This document shows positions 37,632-38,235 of a DNA stretch of 38,235 nt, one piece after another. This DNA is from Candidatus Moraniibacteriota bacterium (GTDB taxonomy: Bacteria > Patescibacteriota > Minisyncoccia > Moranbacterales > UBA1568): NCBI GenBank assembly GCA_037139695.1, contig JBAXFX010000003.1, positions 1 through 38,235 on the forward strand, in the 5' to 3' direction. Made by a program: the position numbers and the translations under genes. The notes below the pieces were generated by a model. The model was given only the letters and a program-made list of their open reading frames with translations, was not told where the DNA came from and searched no databases. How positions within the stretch are numbered: position 1 is the first letter of the stretch; the number at the start of each line of letters is the position of its first letter.

Positions 37632-38235
37632 CAGTGAATGAAATGAACGAGGAAGAGGAGAAAGCGAACTGCTTCGCTTTCGAGTGGGATGAGAACGGAT
37701 TTCCCCTGAAAGGGAAATCAGTGGCACGGAGTGGAATCCCGCCCTCTCCGCAAAAGCAAATATCCGCCCCTTCCGAAGGGGCGGATATTCGTTTCTTTGA
37801 GGATGGAAGGGGGATTCGAAGGGTATTCCAAAAAAGCAAACTGCTTTGCATTTTTGGAAACCCGGGCTCTGGATGAGGAGATTCGCTTAAACAGCGAATC
37901 GACGAGGGAGGAGGAATCCCTCTCTCTCCGCAGTGAATGAAATGAACGAGGAAGAGAAGCAAGCCAACTGCTTGGCTTGCGGGAGGGATGAGAACGGATT
38001 TCCCCTGAAAGGGAAATCAGTGGCACGGAGTGGAATCCCTCTCTCCGCAGTGAACGAGGAAGAGAAGCAAGTCAACTGCTTGGCTTGCGGGAGGGATGAG
38101 AACGGATTTCCCCTGAAAGGGAAATCAGTGGCACGGAGTGGAATCCCTCTCTCCGCAGTGAACGAGGAAGAGAAGCAAGTCAACTGCTTGGCTTGCGGGA
38201 GGGATGAGAACGGATTTCCCCTGAAAGGGAAATCA
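37615..38235 (+). repeat. tRNA-anchored tandem array of structured 108-180 bp units, each ending in a tRNA-Ser 3'-end copy; truncated by the window end
   Basis: GAATCCC(GC/TC/-)..CTCTCCGCA at 37615, 37734, 37914, 38033 and 38141; units are 37634-37752, 37753-37932, 37933-38049, 38050-38157 and 38158 onward. Confidence 0.92.
37759..37798 (+). terminator. strong hairpin, probable terminator, inside the array
   Basis: AATATCCGCCCCTT-ccg-AAGGGGCGGATATT followed by CGTTTCTTT. Confidence 0.75.

Noticed and set aside
37456-38183. ORFs across the tRNA and array (37456-37962, 37634-37876, 37887-38183 and others)
   Set aside because: They overlap the tRNA, and their repeated peptides merely mirror the DNA repeat; unit lengths 119, 180, 117 and 108 do not keep one frame.
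37615-38235. CRISPR array
   Set aside because: The repeat is a tRNA 3' end, the intervening sequences are 90-160 bp and near-identical rather than unique spacers, and no cas genes are in the window.
37543-38235. Prophage or genomic island at the tRNA
   Set aside because: The att-like repeats enclose only 108-180 bp non-coding units and no integrase or phage gene is visible; one beyond the window end cannot be excluded.

Overview
Bacterial chromosomal segment, most likely Patescibacteria/CPR (Parcubacteria-like). This is inferred from a type IV pilus cluster lacking PilP/PilQ, few Shine-Dalgarno sites, gatCA without gatB nearby and many intergenic palindromes. Gene order: NUDIX hydrolase; comF and clpC on the minus strand; a divergent ~16 kb type IV pilus/competence cluster (pilM-N-O-B, receiver protein, pilT, pilC, two near-identical major pilins, an embedded GT2-methyltransferase plus GT-C glycosylation pair, a third pilin, pilD, three minor pilins); ligA-gatC-gatA; two hypotheticals; secE-nusG-rplK-rplA; dcd; a transglutaminase-like protein; a GNAT; a CsoR/RcnR-family regulator with its operator, then trxA-trxB; a 184-bp MITE; patatin, an APH-like kinase and mscL. 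The most unusual part is the last ~900 bp. A tRNA-Ser relic carrying two hairpin inserts precedes an intact tRNA-Ser(GCT). After it comes a tandem array of structured non-coding units, each ending in a copy of the tRNA 3' end, with compensatory stem changes and an internal antisense copy of that end. The array runs off the window edge. All calls are by eye from the sequence; no database searches were run.
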